Under the pieces are notes generated by a model. The model made no database searches and was not told the DNA's origin. It saw only the letters and a list, made by a program, of their open reading frames with translations. 64,000 nt of DNA from a virus, in IMG/VR virus record IMGVR_UViG_3300022752_000022, positions 32,001-96,000 of that record; one strand, written 5' to 3'. This document shows, piece by piece, positions 46,440-56,383 of the stretch. How positions within the stretch are numbered: the stretch's first letter is position 1; every line of letters begins with the position of its first letter. A program made the translations under genes and the position numbers.

Positions 46440-47431
46440 TAAAAAAAGTAAAAAAGAGCAATCTATTAGATACCAGAAATAATTTTAAGCCATTTAATTA
46501 CCCTTGGGCGTATGAGTATTGGTTGAAGCATGAACAAGCACATTGGCTACATACCGAAGTGCCGATGATTGAAGATGTGAAAGATTGGAAGAATAGGCTG
46601 TCTGAAGATGAAAAGAAATTTCTCACACATATTTTTCGATTCTTTACACAGGGTGACATTGATGTTGCTGGTGGTTATGTAAATAATTATTTACCTTATT
46701 TTCCACAACCAGAAGTTAGAATGATGTTAGCTGGCTTTGCTGGTCGTGAAGCGTTACACATTGCAGCGTATTCGCATTTGATTGAATCATTAGGTATGCC
46801 TGAAGCGACTTACTCTGAGTTTTTGGAATATGCAGAGATGAGAGAAAAGCATGATTACATTTTAAATTTAAGTTCGCAGAATTCAACAAAACAATCTACT
46901 GCTGAACACATTGCAGCATTCTCAGCATTCACTGAAGGTATGCAACTATTTTCTTCGTTCATCATGCTTCTTAATTTCCCACGCCACGGTATGATGAAAG
47001 GCATGGGTCAAATTGTGACATGGTCAATTGTAGATGAAACAATGCATGCCGAAGCAATGATCAAGTTATTTCGAACATACATAGAAGAAAACAGAGAGAT
47101 ATGGAATGACGATCTTAAATCTAAAATTTATACCATTGCAACTAAGATGGTTGATTTGGAAGATAAGTTTATTGACTTGGCATTTGGCATGGTACGCGTG
47201 GCTGACTTGGACGCTACTGACGTTAAACGGTATATCCGCTATATTGCTGATCGGCGCCTTATCAGTTTGGGTCTTAAAGGAATCATGAAAGTAAAAAAGA
47301 ATCCTTTGCCTTGGGTTGAAGAAATGATTAATGCGCCAACACACACTAACTTTTTTGAAAATCGTGCTACAGACTATGCTAAAGGCGCCTTGTCCGGTGA
47401 CTGGCAAGATGTGTGGGCTAAAGCAGCGTAG
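46436..47431 (+). CDS. nrdB: Ribonucleotide reductase class I beta subunit
   Basis: EALHIAAY, EGMQLFSSF, DETMH, NFFE. Confidence 0.96.
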   Translation: MIKKVKKSNLLDTRNNFKPFNYPWAYEYWLKHEQAHWLHTEVPMIEDVKDWKNRLSEDEKKFLTHIFRFFTQGDIDVAGGYVNNYLPYFPQPEVRMMLAGFAGREALHIAAYSHLIESLGMPEATYSEFLEYAEMREKHDYILNLSSQNSTKQSTAEHIAAFSAFTEGMQLFSSFIMLLNFPRHGMMKGMGQIVTWSIVDETMHAEAMIKLFRTYIEENREIWNDDLKSKIYTIATKMVDLEDKFIDLAFGMVRVADLDATDVKRYIRYIADRRLISLGLKGIMKVKKNPLPWVEEMINAPTHTNFFENRATDYAKGALSGDWQDVWAKAA

Positions 47432-47442
47432 AGGAGAAGATC

Positions 47443-47643
47443 ATGCCAATGTATAAATTTTATTGCAGTGTAGGATGTGAAGCCGATGGTGAAATATATA
47501 CCGATGATGAACCAGCATTTTGTCCATCTTGTGGTATTAGATTTGATACAGACGATGTAAGCGAAGGTGAAGATGATGATTGGGATGATGATTCTGAAAA
47601 TTGGAATGAAGATGATGAGGGTGAACCTTGGATTAAACGATGA
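47443..47643 (+). CDS. Zinc-ribbon protein with acidic tail
   Basis: MPMYKFYC..GC...CPSCG. Confidence 0.7.
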   Translation: MPMYKFYCSVGCEADGEIYTDDEPAFCPSCGIRFDTDDVSEGEDDDWDDDSENWNEDDEGEPWIKR

Positions 47644-48191
47644 TTGCGGGCGTAGACTATTCAATGACAAGCCCCGCAATATGCTTGTCACCATTGAGTG
47701 AATTTAAATATGAAACTTGCATATTCTCTTATTTAACCACACTTAAAAAATATGATATAGCGGCAGAGAATATTTTCGGTAAATATTTCGAATATGATAA
47801 TGAAATAAAACGGTACGATACCATTTCATCCCATTTTTTAAATATGCTTCTTGACTATAATGTAAGAACATGTTATATTGAAGGATATTCAATGGGATCT
47901 AAAGGTAGAACTTTTAATATTTCTGAAAACACAGGAATATTTAAGCACAGAATGTGGAATTTTGGAATCAATTTTATTGCGATACCACCAGCAACAATCA
48001 AAAAATTTGCTACAGGTAAAGGCAATGCAAATAAAGAAAAAATGCAACGAGCGTTTATTGAGGAGACAAGTAAAGACATTAAACAGATATTAAACATGAC
48101 TGAAAATCAATGGAATCCATCATCAGACATTATTGATTCATACTATGTTTGTAAATATGGATTTCATCAAGAGACTTTGAAAAATGAATGA
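47640..48191 (+). CDS. RuvC-like Holliday junction resolvase
   Basis: IAGVDYSMT, IEGYS, IKKFATGKGNANK, DIIDS. Confidence 0.8.
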   Translation: MIAGVDYSMTSPAICLSPLSEFKYETCIFSYLTTLKKYDIAAENIFGKYFEYDNEIKRYDTISSHFLNMLLDYNVRTCYIEGYSMGSKGRTFNISENTGIFKHRMWNFGINFIAIPPATIKKFATGKGNANKEKMQRAFIEETSKDIKQILNMTENQWNPSSDIIDSYYVCKYGFHQETLKNE

Positions 48192-48798
48192 CAATAAAAT
48201 TTTAGAACTTTTTAATTTTGATAGAAGCAATAATCAATTTCAGAGTAAATCATTAGCACATTTACACACATATTATTTGTCGGGTGAAATTAAATCTCCT
48301 GAAGATTATGTTGAAATATTTGATCTGATGAGAAATGCTTCAGAGCATGACATCATTAAAATTCACATCAATTCTTCAGGCGGTCAATTGTTTACCGCAA
48401 TTCAATTTATGAGAGTTATGGCTGAATGCCAAGCACAAATTATATGTTCAGTTGAAGGCGCTTGTATGTCGGCAGCCACAATGATTTTTTTATCGGCAAA
48501 TGCTTTTGAAATATCTGAACACTCCGTCTTCATGTTCCATAACTATTCTAGTATTGTGATGGGTAAAGGTGGCGAATTATACGACAACATCATGCATGAA
48601 AGAAAATGGTCAGAAAAAATTTTAAAAAGTATTTACAAAGATTTTTTAAGCGCCGAAGAAATTAATTCAATATTAGCAAACAAAGATATATGGATGGACG
48701 GAGAAGAAGTTCTTAAAAGATTAAAAAATAAACAAGATAGTATCAATAAAAAGGTGAAAAATTCAAATGGTAGAAAGTCTAGAAAACCTAAAGAGTGA
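48184..48798 (+). CDS. ClpP-like serine protease
   Basis: INSSGG, ACMSAAT (catalytic Ser), FMFHNY (His). Confidence 0.88.
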   Translation: MNDNKILELFNFDRSNNQFQSKSLAHLHTYYLSGEIKSPEDYVEIFDLMRNASEHDIIKIHINSSGGQLFTAIQFMRVMAECQAQIICSVEGACMSAATMIFLSANAFEISEHSVFMFHNYSSIVMGKGGELYDNIMHERKWSEKILKSIYKDFLSAEEINSILANKDIWMDGEEVLKRLKNKQDSINKKVKNSNGRKSRKPKE

Positions 48799-49501
48799 TG
48801 TGTTATTTTTATTATCATCTGCTATTCATGTGAAGCATGGCATATATAACACAGAACAAAGATTAGTTCAAACAACTAGAACGTGTAGATCAATTAGATC
48901 CTATGTCCCTGATGCTAAAATTTATGTCTTAGACGGTGGTTATAAAAATATAACAGATGAAGAGGGGTTTATTTTAGATCAATTTATTGATAAGTTTTAT
49001 AACTTTTCTGAAAATCAAAATGTTATTAATGTTCAGGCAATAGATAATCACGATGTTGTTAAAAATTTTATTGAACTTTATATGTTCTCAATATTCTTAA
49101 ATGATTACGCCGAAATTTTTTCTAGAAATCATAAAAGAATTTTTAAGATTAGTGGCAGATACAGATTGAATAATGCTTTTAATCTTGATGATCATATGAA
49201 AGAGGCTGATAAAATTGTCATTCGAGGACCATTTAAAAGCCAATTTAGTTCAAAAATTACAGGAGATGTTACTCAACAATATATGAGCAGACTTTGGAGT
49301 TTCGATGCGAGTTTGACATCATACATCAAAGAATGCTACCATAACATGCTAAAAAATATGATGGATAAAGTCAATGAGGGTGGTTATATAGATATTGAAC
49401 ATCTTCTTTTTAAACATTTAGATTCTAAACTAGTCTATAACATACCACAAATTGGTATTGAGGGTAACATAGCACCAAATGGAATGATGGTACAAGAATG
49501 A
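48767..49501 (+). CDS. Hypothetical, possibly glycosyltransferase-like
   Basis: FKISGRY, IDIEH motifs. Confidence 0.5.
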   Translation: MVESLENLKSDVLFLLSSAIHVKHGIYNTEQRLVQTTRTCRSIRSYVPDAKIYVLDGGYKNITDEEGFILDQFIDKFYNFSENQNVINVQAIDNHDVVKNFIELYMFSIFLNDYAEIFSRNHKRIFKISGRYRLNNAFNLDDHMKEADKIVIRGPFKSQFSSKITGDVTQQYMSRLWSFDASLTSYIKECYHNMLKNMMDKVNEGGYIDIEHLLFKHLDSKLVYNIPQIGIEGNIAPNGMMVQE

Positions 49502-50322
49502 ATCCAACACTATATCAAATATGCTTTGAAAAACATCAACTTGATCAAGTTAAATCACCAATGGTGCCATTTGACAATATTGAAAATTTAAGGCCTGAAC
49601 TCAGAGAATATCATTCTTTTAAAAGAATCATAGATGAGAATAATGCATCGAAACTTTACGGTGTGTTTGGTCCAAGATTTCAAGAAAAATTAAGATACGA
49701 CGGACAAGATATCTATGATTTTATTGTTGCCAATCCTGATCAAAAAGGAGTGTACATATTTAATCATGCACGAATTCAAAGTGTTATATTTTTAAATGTT
49801 TGGGAACAAGGCGAATATTTTCATCCAGGCATTAAAAAAATTATGCTGTATGCATTAGACAAAAATGGATACGATCATACTGTTATTGATAGTATCATGA
49901 CTGAAAAGCACATGTGTTTTTGTAGTTACTTTGTTACATCTGATATTGTATGGCGTGATTACATGCATTTTGTTGAAACAATCAAAATAACTCTTGATCG
50001 TTTACCTGACGAACTAAATGTTATATATCATGGCAGTGCTAATTATTCCAGAGATAAATCGCTTGGCATGTTTCCATTTATTGTTGAAAGATTGTTTTCA
50101 ACATATATGAAATTGTTTACTTTTGATAATTTTGGATTAAACGTTTATGTTAGGCCGTACGATTATTCACTATATACGACTGATAGTGATTTCATAAATT
50201 ATTTTCAAACACTACATAGATTAAAAGAGGCTAGCATCGACGATTCAGATTCTTTTGATTCTTGGCAATATTTAAGGAACGACACTTTGCTCAAATATCC
50301 ACATTTGCTTCATTTGGACTGA
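49498..50322 (+). CDS. Hypothetical, possibly glycosyltransferase-like
   Basis: PELREY, NVWEQGEYFHPG, FIVERLF. Confidence 0.5.
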   Translation: MNPTLYQICFEKHQLDQVKSPMVPFDNIENLRPELREYHSFKRIIDENNASKLYGVFGPRFQEKLRYDGQDIYDFIVANPDQKGVYIFNHARIQSVIFLNVWEQGEYFHPGIKKIMLYALDKNGYDHTVIDSIMTEKHMCFCSYFVTSDIVWRDYMHFVETIKITLDRLPDELNVIYHGSANYSRDKSLGMFPFIVERLFSTYMKLFTFDNFGLNVYVRPYDYSLYTTDSDFINYFQTLHRLKEASIDDSDSFDSWQYLRNDTLLKYPHLLHLD

Positions 50323-50395
50323 AATGAAAAACTTTTTGCCTGGTATGTTTTTTATTCTTTTGCTACTTGCTAGTATCATTTCAACAACACAAGTC

Positions 50396-50424
50396 TTGAC
50401 ACTGGAGACGCATCATGTTAAAGT
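50396..50424 (+). promoter_or_regulatory. Sigma70-type promoter
   Basis: TTGACA-17-TAAAGT with extended -10 TG. Confidence 0.6.
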
Positions 50425-50614
50425 ACAGAGTGTAGCAAATGCATCAGCCATTCCACGATGAAGAATTTAGAAGGAGCATTGATGAAATGTCTTCGAATGA
50501 ACTTAGAGTATTATGGTTAAATTTGACGATGCAATTGTTAAATGACATTGATGATTTAGTAGAGATCGAAGGAGTAAAAGATGCAGCAGATTATTTAAAT
50601 CGTTTTTTTGAATA

Positions 50615-50693
<79 letters not shown>

Positions 50694-50715
50694 CCACTTA
50701 CTTTATGGAGATATT

Positions 50716-51012
50716 ATGGAAACCGAATTTGTTTTAGTTGAAACTATTTCAATGTTTAGAATCAGATATGTGATTGAAGTGCCCAAAGGAGAAAAAAACA
50801 TTGCTTTAGACATTGTAGCAATGGATAAACCAAAAGAGTTTAGTCAAAAACATCTAGATGAAATCATTGTTTCAGATAGGGTCTTAACCAGAGAAGAAGT
50901 TTTGAAACAATGTGATGAAGATAATGATTATCTTGAAACTTGGTCTGAAGACAAGAAATTTGAAAATTTAGTTGTAACACTTGACGGAGTTGAGAATGCA
51001 AAAGTTGACTGA
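50716..51012 (+). CDS. Hypothetical protein
   Basis: LVETISMFRIRYVIE, EFSQKHL; GGAG SD. Confidence 0.65.
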   Translation: METEFVLVETISMFRIRYVIEVPKGEKNIALDIVAMDKPKEFSQKHLDEIIVSDRVLTREEVLKQCDEDNDYLETWSEDKKFENLVVTLDGVENAKVD

Positions 51013-51196
51013 GTTTAAATTGGGTGATGTTGAAGATCCGCATTTGTATGCACAATTACATATTCAGACGTTAAAAACTTCAGGTGAAATACCAAATTGT
51101 GATACATACAATATTTACTACAAACTTAATGCAGCGCAAGACTATTGGCGTGTAGACGTTTACAAAGAGGAGACAGAAAATGCATGTAACGCTTAA
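50996..51196 (+). CDS. Hypothetical protein
   Basis: FKLGDVEDPHLYA. Confidence 0.55.
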   Translation: MQKLTEFKLGDVEDPHLYAQLHIQTLKTSGEIPNCDTYNIYYKLNAAQDYWRVDVYKEETENACNA

Positions 51197-51383
51197 TGAA
51201 CTTAAAAGAGCAATTGCTCTCATGGAATCTTTGAATGAACAAGATGGTCACTTCGTACTTCACAATGAATGGCCTCATGATGATGGTCTAGTGCTTGTTC
51301 TAAATGTTGAACATTCAGGTGTGCGTGGTGATTTGCATATAAAATTATTTGATGAGAGTGATGATGACATTACAGGCGCATGA
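51180..51383 (+). CDS. Hypothetical protein
   Basis: GAGGAG SD; coupled ORF. Confidence 0.55.
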   Translation: MHVTLNELKRAIALMESLNEQDGHFVLHNEWPHDDGLVLVLNVEHSGVRGDLHIKLFDESDDDITGA

Positions 51384-51390
51384 GTGATAT

Positions 51391-52125
51391 ATGAAAGTAT
51401 ACATTGGTCCTTATAAAAACTGGTTAGGTCCTTATCAACTTGCTGAGAAACTTTGTTTCTGGGCAAAAAAAGAAAAGGACGAATACGGATTTCCTAAGAC
51501 ACCAGATTGGGTTCATAATTTTGGTGAGTGGTTAGCACACGGCGACATAGAACCTGAACCAACAAAAGAAAATCCTAAGAGCCTTTTCAATAAGAAACGA
51601 AAAACAACTTTATTGTACAAGTTTTTGATATGGTTAGAATCAAAAAGAAGTCGTAGCATCTATATCAAAATTGATAAGTATGATACATGGAGTATGGATA
51701 GTACACTCTCTATGATCATACTTCCGATGCTGAAGCAACTCAAAGAAACTAAACACGGTTCACACATGGTAGATGATGAAGACGTTCCAGACGAAATCAA
51801 ATCTACTTCAGCGCCACCAAGAGAAAATGAATGGGACAGTGACGATAATCTACACAAACGTTGGGACTATGTTCTTAATGAAATGATATGGGCTTTTGAA
51901 CAATTAAACGATAACACATGGGAAGATCAGTATCATACAGGAGAATATGATTTACAGAGCGAAGTTTGTGAATGGAATGAAAATGATAAACCAAAGTTAT
52001 ATCGAATGATAGAAGGACCAAATCACACTTCAAAATTTGACTATGAGGGTCATAAAAAGCATAATGATAGAATCAATCGTGGACTTGTTCTTTTCGGTAA
52101 ATATTATCGTGGACTCTGGGACTAA
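51391..52125 (+). CDS. Conserved phage hypothetical protein
   Basis: MKVYIGPY, DTWSMD, RWDYVLNEMIWAF, LFGKYYRGLWD. Confidence 0.75.
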   Translation: MKVYIGPYKNWLGPYQLAEKLCFWAKKEKDEYGFPKTPDWVHNFGEWLAHGDIEPEPTKENPKSLFNKKRKTTLLYKFLIWLESKRSRSIYIKIDKYDTWSMDSTLSMIILPMLKQLKETKHGSHMVDDEDVPDEIKSTSAPPRENEWDSDDNLHKRWDYVLNEMIWAFEQLNDNTWEDQYHTGEYDLQSEVCEWNENDKPKLYRMIEGPNHTSKFDYEGHKKHNDRINRGLVLFGKYYRGLWD

Positions 52126-52128
52126 AAT

Positions 52129-52136
52129 TATAAATA
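52129..52136 (+). promoter_or_regulatory. T4-type late promoter
   Basis: TATAAATA upstream of the endolysin. Confidence 0.8.
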
Positions 52137-52166
52137 CTCTCCATACATATTACAGGGAGTTTTTAT

Positions 52167-52790
52167 ATGGAATTCTTTACTGAAGATAGAGTTAGAAGTC
52201 TTATACCAAAAGTTAAAAACTTTGATGACTGGTATGCTAATCTACTTGAAATTCTTCCTCTTTATGAAATAGATTCTCCGCATAGAGTAGCAGCGTTCAT
52301 GGCACAATGTGGTCATGAATCTGGTGGATTTACAATTATGCAAGAGAATCTAAATTACTCCGCTGACGGTTTGAGAAAAATATTTGGTAAGTATTTTCCC
52401 TCAGTAGAGTTAGCAAATCAATACGCAAGAAAACCACAAATGATTGCCAATCGTGTCTATGCGAATCGCATGGGCAACGGGCCAGAATCATCAGGTGATG
52501 GATGGAATTATCGTGGACGTGGTATAATTCAAATTACAGGAAAGAACAATTACGTTAGATGTTCTCAATCAATGTTTGAAGATAATCTTTTAGTTGAACA
52601 GCCTGAATTATTGTTAGATACATACTATGCGATTCATTCTGCATGTTGGTTCTGGACAGCAACTAGATTGAATGAGTTGGCTGATGTCCAAGATTTAAAA
52701 CTTATGACAAAGAGAATTAACGGCGGATTTATTGGTCTTCAAGATCGCATTAATCACTATAATCATGCAGTACACATTCTGAAAGGATAA
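52167..52790 (+). CDS. GH19-family endolysin
   Basis: AQCGHESGGF, ENLNYSA, YRGRGIIQITGKNNY, TKRINGG. Confidence 0.93.
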   Translation: MEFFTEDRVRSLIPKVKNFDDWYANLLEILPLYEIDSPHRVAAFMAQCGHESGGFTIMQENLNYSADGLRKIFGKYFPSVELANQYARKPQMIANRVYANRMGNGPESSGDGWNYRGRGIIQITGKNNYVRCSQSMFEDNLLVEQPELLLDTYYAIHSACWFWTATRLNELADVQDLKLMTKRINGGFIGLQDRINHYNHAVHILKG

Positions 52791-52793
52791 ATT

Positions 52794-53087
52794 ATGTTTA
52801 AATGGCTCAGAAATTTATTTGTAGGCGAGAAAGGTGTAGCATCTACACCAGAAGATGTGACACCTGTTCACCCGACAGTTTCGCAAGAAGAAGTCAATAG
52901 AATTAATAAAGAATTGGAAAAGATTTTAGATGAAACGTCAAATAAAGAACCTATTCCTGTAAAGGAACAAAATAAAGAGTTGACTAAAGCGCAGGAATCA
53001 GACATTAAAAATAAACAGTCTTCTGAAATCCAATCTATTTCTGCTAAAAAATCTAGATCAAAAAAATCTAGAGCGAAAGCTGTTTAA
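52794..53087 (+). CDS. Hypothetical protein
   Basis: MFKWLRNLF amphipathic start; basic tail. Confidence 0.55.
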   Translation: MFKWLRNLFVGEKGVASTPEDVTPVHPTVSQEEVNRINKELEKILDETSNKEPIPVKEQNKELTKAQESDIKNKQSSEIQSISAKKSRSKKSRAKAV

Positions 53088-53386
53088 TTACAGAATCTTT
53101 CTCTAACTATAACGCCATTTGGTTGCATCACTTCTTTCCATTCGGTGCAATTTACAACTGACCCAATAATTACAGGCTGTTGTTGAACAATCACCGGTGC
53201 AGATTGCTGTGATATTGTATATCCAATAACGCCACCAATGATCACTGGAGCAATCCAACGCCCAGGATATGTATAATTCCAATGATGATGACCATATCCA
53301 TGACTGTGATGCCTATGGTGGTGTGGACCCGCAAATGCTGGAATTGCGGATACTATTAATAGTAAAGCGATTAAATATTTCTTCAT
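53084..53386 (-). CDS. Secreted His/Pro-rich protein
   Basis: Signal peptide (AFA), HHHRHH, WIAPVIIGGVIGY, CTEW...C. Confidence 0.75.
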   Translation of the reverse strand: MKKYLIALLLIVSAIPAFAGPHHHRHHSHGYGHHHWNYTYPGRWIAPVIIGGVIGYTISQQSAPVIVQQQPVIIGSVVNCTEWKEVMQPNGVIVRERFCN

Positions 53387-53540
53387 TTTTTGACATTCCT
53401 TGCATAAGAATATATGGAGTATAGCACATCATAATAAAATATGCAACATACAAATCGTATAAATTTTCGTATTTCTTTTCTTCAGTCATAAATTCTCTTG
53501 TTTTCTAAATAAGTCGTTCTATTTATAAATTTGGAAAAAT

Positions 53541-54776
53541 ATGGAAACTAAACTCGCCACAATTATTTGTTCAGATGTAATTGGATATAGTAGTCTCATG
53601 CAAGCCGATGAAATAGGAACGTTGCATAAATTAGACGCATGTAGGGCAATCATTGATCCGTTAATTACTCAATTTAAAGGCCGACTGTTTAATACGGGTG
53701 GTGATAGTGTTTTAATTGAATTTCCTAGTGCAGTTGATGCTGTTAAATTTGGTGTTGAAATGCAAGCACAAATTGGTAAATTAAATAATGGTATGCGCTG
53801 GAGAATTGGTATACATATGGGTGAAGTCTGGATTTATGGCACTAATTTAATGGGAGATGCTGTGAATCTTGCTGCAAGAACTGAAAGTTTAGCAGACTAT
53901 GGTGGTGTGACAATGACTGATACAGTTTATAAAATGATTGTAGGTAAAATGAAAACTTTAGAATTTGTAAGTCGTGGTGTACAAGAATTTAAAAATGTGA
54001 ATTCAATGGAAATCTGGAGTGTAGTAATTCCCGGCGCAACACCAAATCCATATCTAAACAAAGCACCTAAGCAAGAAACTTCAGCAGATACAATTAAAAG
54101 CCATCAAGATTTATTAAAAACTGTAATCAATGATCAAGCTGCAAGAAATAAAACACTTCATGATGCACAAACACTAAAAAGAGATGGCAAATTAGGACCA
54201 GCAACTAGAGTGTTGATGTGGCGCGTGACTAAGCAAGACAAAGCGGCCGTTGATGAATTAATTAGTCTTGGCATCAAAAATTTAATTCCTAATGAACTTA
54301 AAGTTTATGCTTCAGCAGTCATTAGAGAGTTTTGTACTAAGTTAGATAGCAATAGATTACTTACTATAGCAGACTTAATGGAAAATTGGAACTATAATTC
54401 AGCAGCACTAGATTTTGTAAAGATAGCAGCAAAAGTCGACGATAAAGCGCAGCAGAGATATGCACTTATGATATTCAATGATCCAACAAGTAGTGATGCT
54501 GAGATCAATGCCATTCTTGATGATTTAAAAGAATTAGCTATGAAAAAGAATGTTGATGCTATGATTAAACTGGGCGAATATTATACTAAAATTAATGACA
54601 AAAAGAATGCGTTCAGATGGCTCTATGCTGCGAGGGCACAACATAACAATCACGCACAAAAATTAATTGAAGAATTAAATAAAACAATCAGTAGAACTGA
54701 TTTTCAAAACTTTAAAACGGACGCAGATGCGCTCGTAGATCAAATCAAATTTATAGATGATAATTTGATGAGATGA
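53541..54776 (+). CDS. Class III nucleotidyl (adenylate/guanylate) cyclase with C-terminal Sel1/TPR-like repeats
   Basis: SDVIGYS, GGDSV, RIGIHMG, GDAVNLAARTE, FKN; AMIKLGEYY...AFRWLYAA. Confidence 0.9.
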   Translation: METKLATIICSDVIGYSSLMQADEIGTLHKLDACRAIIDPLITQFKGRLFNTGGDSVLIEFPSAVDAVKFGVEMQAQIGKLNNGMRWRIGIHMGEVWIYGTNLMGDAVNLAARTESLADYGGVTMTDTVYKMIVGKMKTLEFVSRGVQEFKNVNSMEIWSVVIPGATPNPYLNKAPKQETSADTIKSHQDLLKTVINDQAARNKTLHDAQTLKRDGKLGPATRVLMWRVTKQDKAAVDELISLGIKNLIPNELKVYASAVIREFCTKLDSNRLLTIADLMENWNYNSAALDFVKIAAKVDDKAQQRYALMIFNDPTSSDAEINAILDDLKELAMKKNVDAMIKLGEYYTKINDKKNAFRWLYAARAQHNNHAQKLIEELNKTISRTDFQNFKTDADALVDQIKFIDDNLMR

Positions 54777-54777
54777 A

Positions 54778-54951
54778 TCATCTCTCTTTATTCAATTTGT
54801 TTATTTGATCCCAAAGTGCTGTAATTTGTTTATCATAATTTTTTTCCAAATAGTCTAATCGTACTTTGATTGTGACTGCATATGCAGCGATTGCAACAAC
54901 GCCTGCGCCTAAAAACCATAATTTACCTAGTCCATCGGCTAATGTTTCCAC
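54778..54951 (-). CDS. Small single-TM coiled-coil protein
   Basis: 57 aa METLADGLGKLWFLGAGVVAIAAYAVTIKVRLDYLEK...; AAGGA SD; below ORF-track cutoff. Confidence 0.6.
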   Translation of the reverse strand: METLADGLGKLWFLGAGVVAIAAYAVTIKVRLDYLEKNYDKQITALWDQINKLNKER

Positions 54952-54995
54952 TATGAATCCTTTATGGTTGTTGTAGAACTACACTTATTTAGTAA

Positions 54996-55043
54996 TGTTG
55001 CATAAAAACAACATCTTGACAATACCGGATTTCCTCGTATAAT
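54996..55043 (+). promoter_or_regulatory. Sigma70-type promoter with palindromic box
   Basis: TGTTGCATAAAAACAACA, then TTGACA-16-TATAAT. Confidence 0.85.
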
Positions 55044-55084
55044 GGCTGTGTGGTGATTGATAAACTCTTCTATATAGGTGTAGT

Positions 55085-55261
55085 ATGAAAAACACAATTG
55101 AGACTTATCTTGAAAACGGTGTCTTGGTAACAATTCTTCCGACATATGCACCGAGAAAGTCTGAAAAGACTTTCACAGCAAAACGCTATTCTATAGCGAA
55201 TACGGGTAGAAAACAAGTAACTATGAAAAATATTGGTTTGAAAGGGTATGGTGCGATATGA
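55085..55261 (+). CDS. Small hypothetical protein
   Basis: 58 aa directly after the promoter. Confidence 0.5.
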   Translation: MKNTIETYLENGVLVTILPTYAPRKSEKTFTAKRYSIANTGRKQVTMKNIGLKGYGAI

Positions 55262-55464
55262 GCGATAAAGTAAAAGGTCTGATGTTAGTCGTTTTTACTA
55301 TATTTTTGATAGCATTGATTGGATCATGGCTAACGATTCTTTCTATCAATATTGTGTTTGATCTAAATATACCGGTAACATTTGAAACAATCATAGCAGT
55401 GACATGGTTGACAATGACGCTTAAAGGGATTTTTTCAGCAAACACTTTAAATACCGGAAAATGA
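55258..55464 (+). CDS. Small membrane protein
   Basis: Two hydrophobic segments. Confidence 0.6.
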   Translation: MSDKVKGLMLVVFTIFLIALIGSWLTILSINIVFDLNIPVTFETIIAVTWLTMTLKGIFSANTLNTGK

Positions 55465-55796
55465 AACATTTAATTGCAAGTTTTATAGCGGCAACTACGC
55501 TAACAGCAAATGCTAGTAATTTTCAAGAGATGGCATATGGCCGTGTTTTATCAGTAGAGCCGTTAATTCAAACTATTTACCATCGTGTGCCTCAACAATC
55601 ATGTAGTGTTACGACGGAAGGAAATCGTCAGATTGAGAGGTGTCAGAATTATACTGATAAAGTCTTCAATCAAAGAATTACTGGATATCGTGTTAAATTT
55701 GAATATCGTGACACAGTACAAACTTTGATTATGGAACGTGATCCTGGAAGTCATGTTACTCTTAAAATTGTAACCACCCTTCATGTATTGGAATAA
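55461..55796 (+). CDS. Secreted protein (YcfJ/UmoD-like beta domain)
   Basis: Signal peptide; GRVLSVEP...C...C...ITGYRVKFEY...MERDPG. Confidence 0.65.
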   Translation: MKHLIASFIAATTLTANASNFQEMAYGRVLSVEPLIQTIYHRVPQQSCSVTTEGNRQIERCQNYTDKVFNQRITGYRVKFEYRDTVQTLIMERDPGSHVTLKIVTTLHVLE

Positions 55797-56079
55797 GCGT
55801 ATGTTTTTCGTATACGGAGCAGAGGGTGGCAGAGGCACTGAAAAAGCTGAATATTTATTGACAATGACAGGATTTCCGTATAGACTCTTTCTTTTAGATA
55901 AGGACTATACAAGAGATCAATTAGAAAGATTAATTCCAGGAACTAGAGTTGTACCACACATATTTCATAATACAAAATATGTAGGAACAGTCAAAGATTT
56001 ATATGATTATCTTTATAATGAAGTAAAGGAGCGTGAATATGGCGAAAACGACGACAAAAACGACAGTGAACCAAAATGA
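55783..56079 (+). CDS. Glutaredoxin-fold protein lacking CxxC
   Basis: RVVPHIFHNTKYVGTVKDL matches TVPQIF..YIGG; no Cys. Confidence 0.6.
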   Translation: MYWNKRMFFVYGAEGGRGTEKAEYLLTMTGFPYRLFLLDKDYTRDQLERLIPGTRVVPHIFHNTKYVGTVKDLYDYLYNEVKEREYGENDDKNDSEPK

Positions 56080-56380
56080 ATCATCTCAATATTCAACATG
56101 GGGTGAAGAAGACAGGGCAGCATTTCGGAGTTGGCTCAAATCGTTGCTAAAAAGCGACATTGTAAATTTGACATTCCGAAAGAATGATGGTACAATGAGA
56201 GAAATGAGATGTACTCTACGGGATGAATACTTGATTGAGTCCAAGTCCACCACTGAACCAAAGAAGCCTCGCAAAGTGAGCGAAGACTCTATTGCAGTGA
56301 TTGATTTGGATAAAAATGAGTGGCGATCCTTTCGATACGATTCAGTGAAGCGGGTTAATTTTACGATAGCACAGGAGTAA
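56039..56380 (+). CDS. WYL-like SH3 protein
   Basis: TFRKNDGTMREMRCTL, DLDKNEWRSFRYDSV. Confidence 0.8.
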   Translation: MAKTTTKTTVNQNESSQYSTWGEEDRAAFRSWLKSLLKSDIVNLTFRKNDGTMREMRCTLRDEYLIESKSTTEPKKPRKVSEDSIAVIDLDKNEWRSFRYDSVKRVNFTIAQE

Positions 56381-56383
56381 ATC

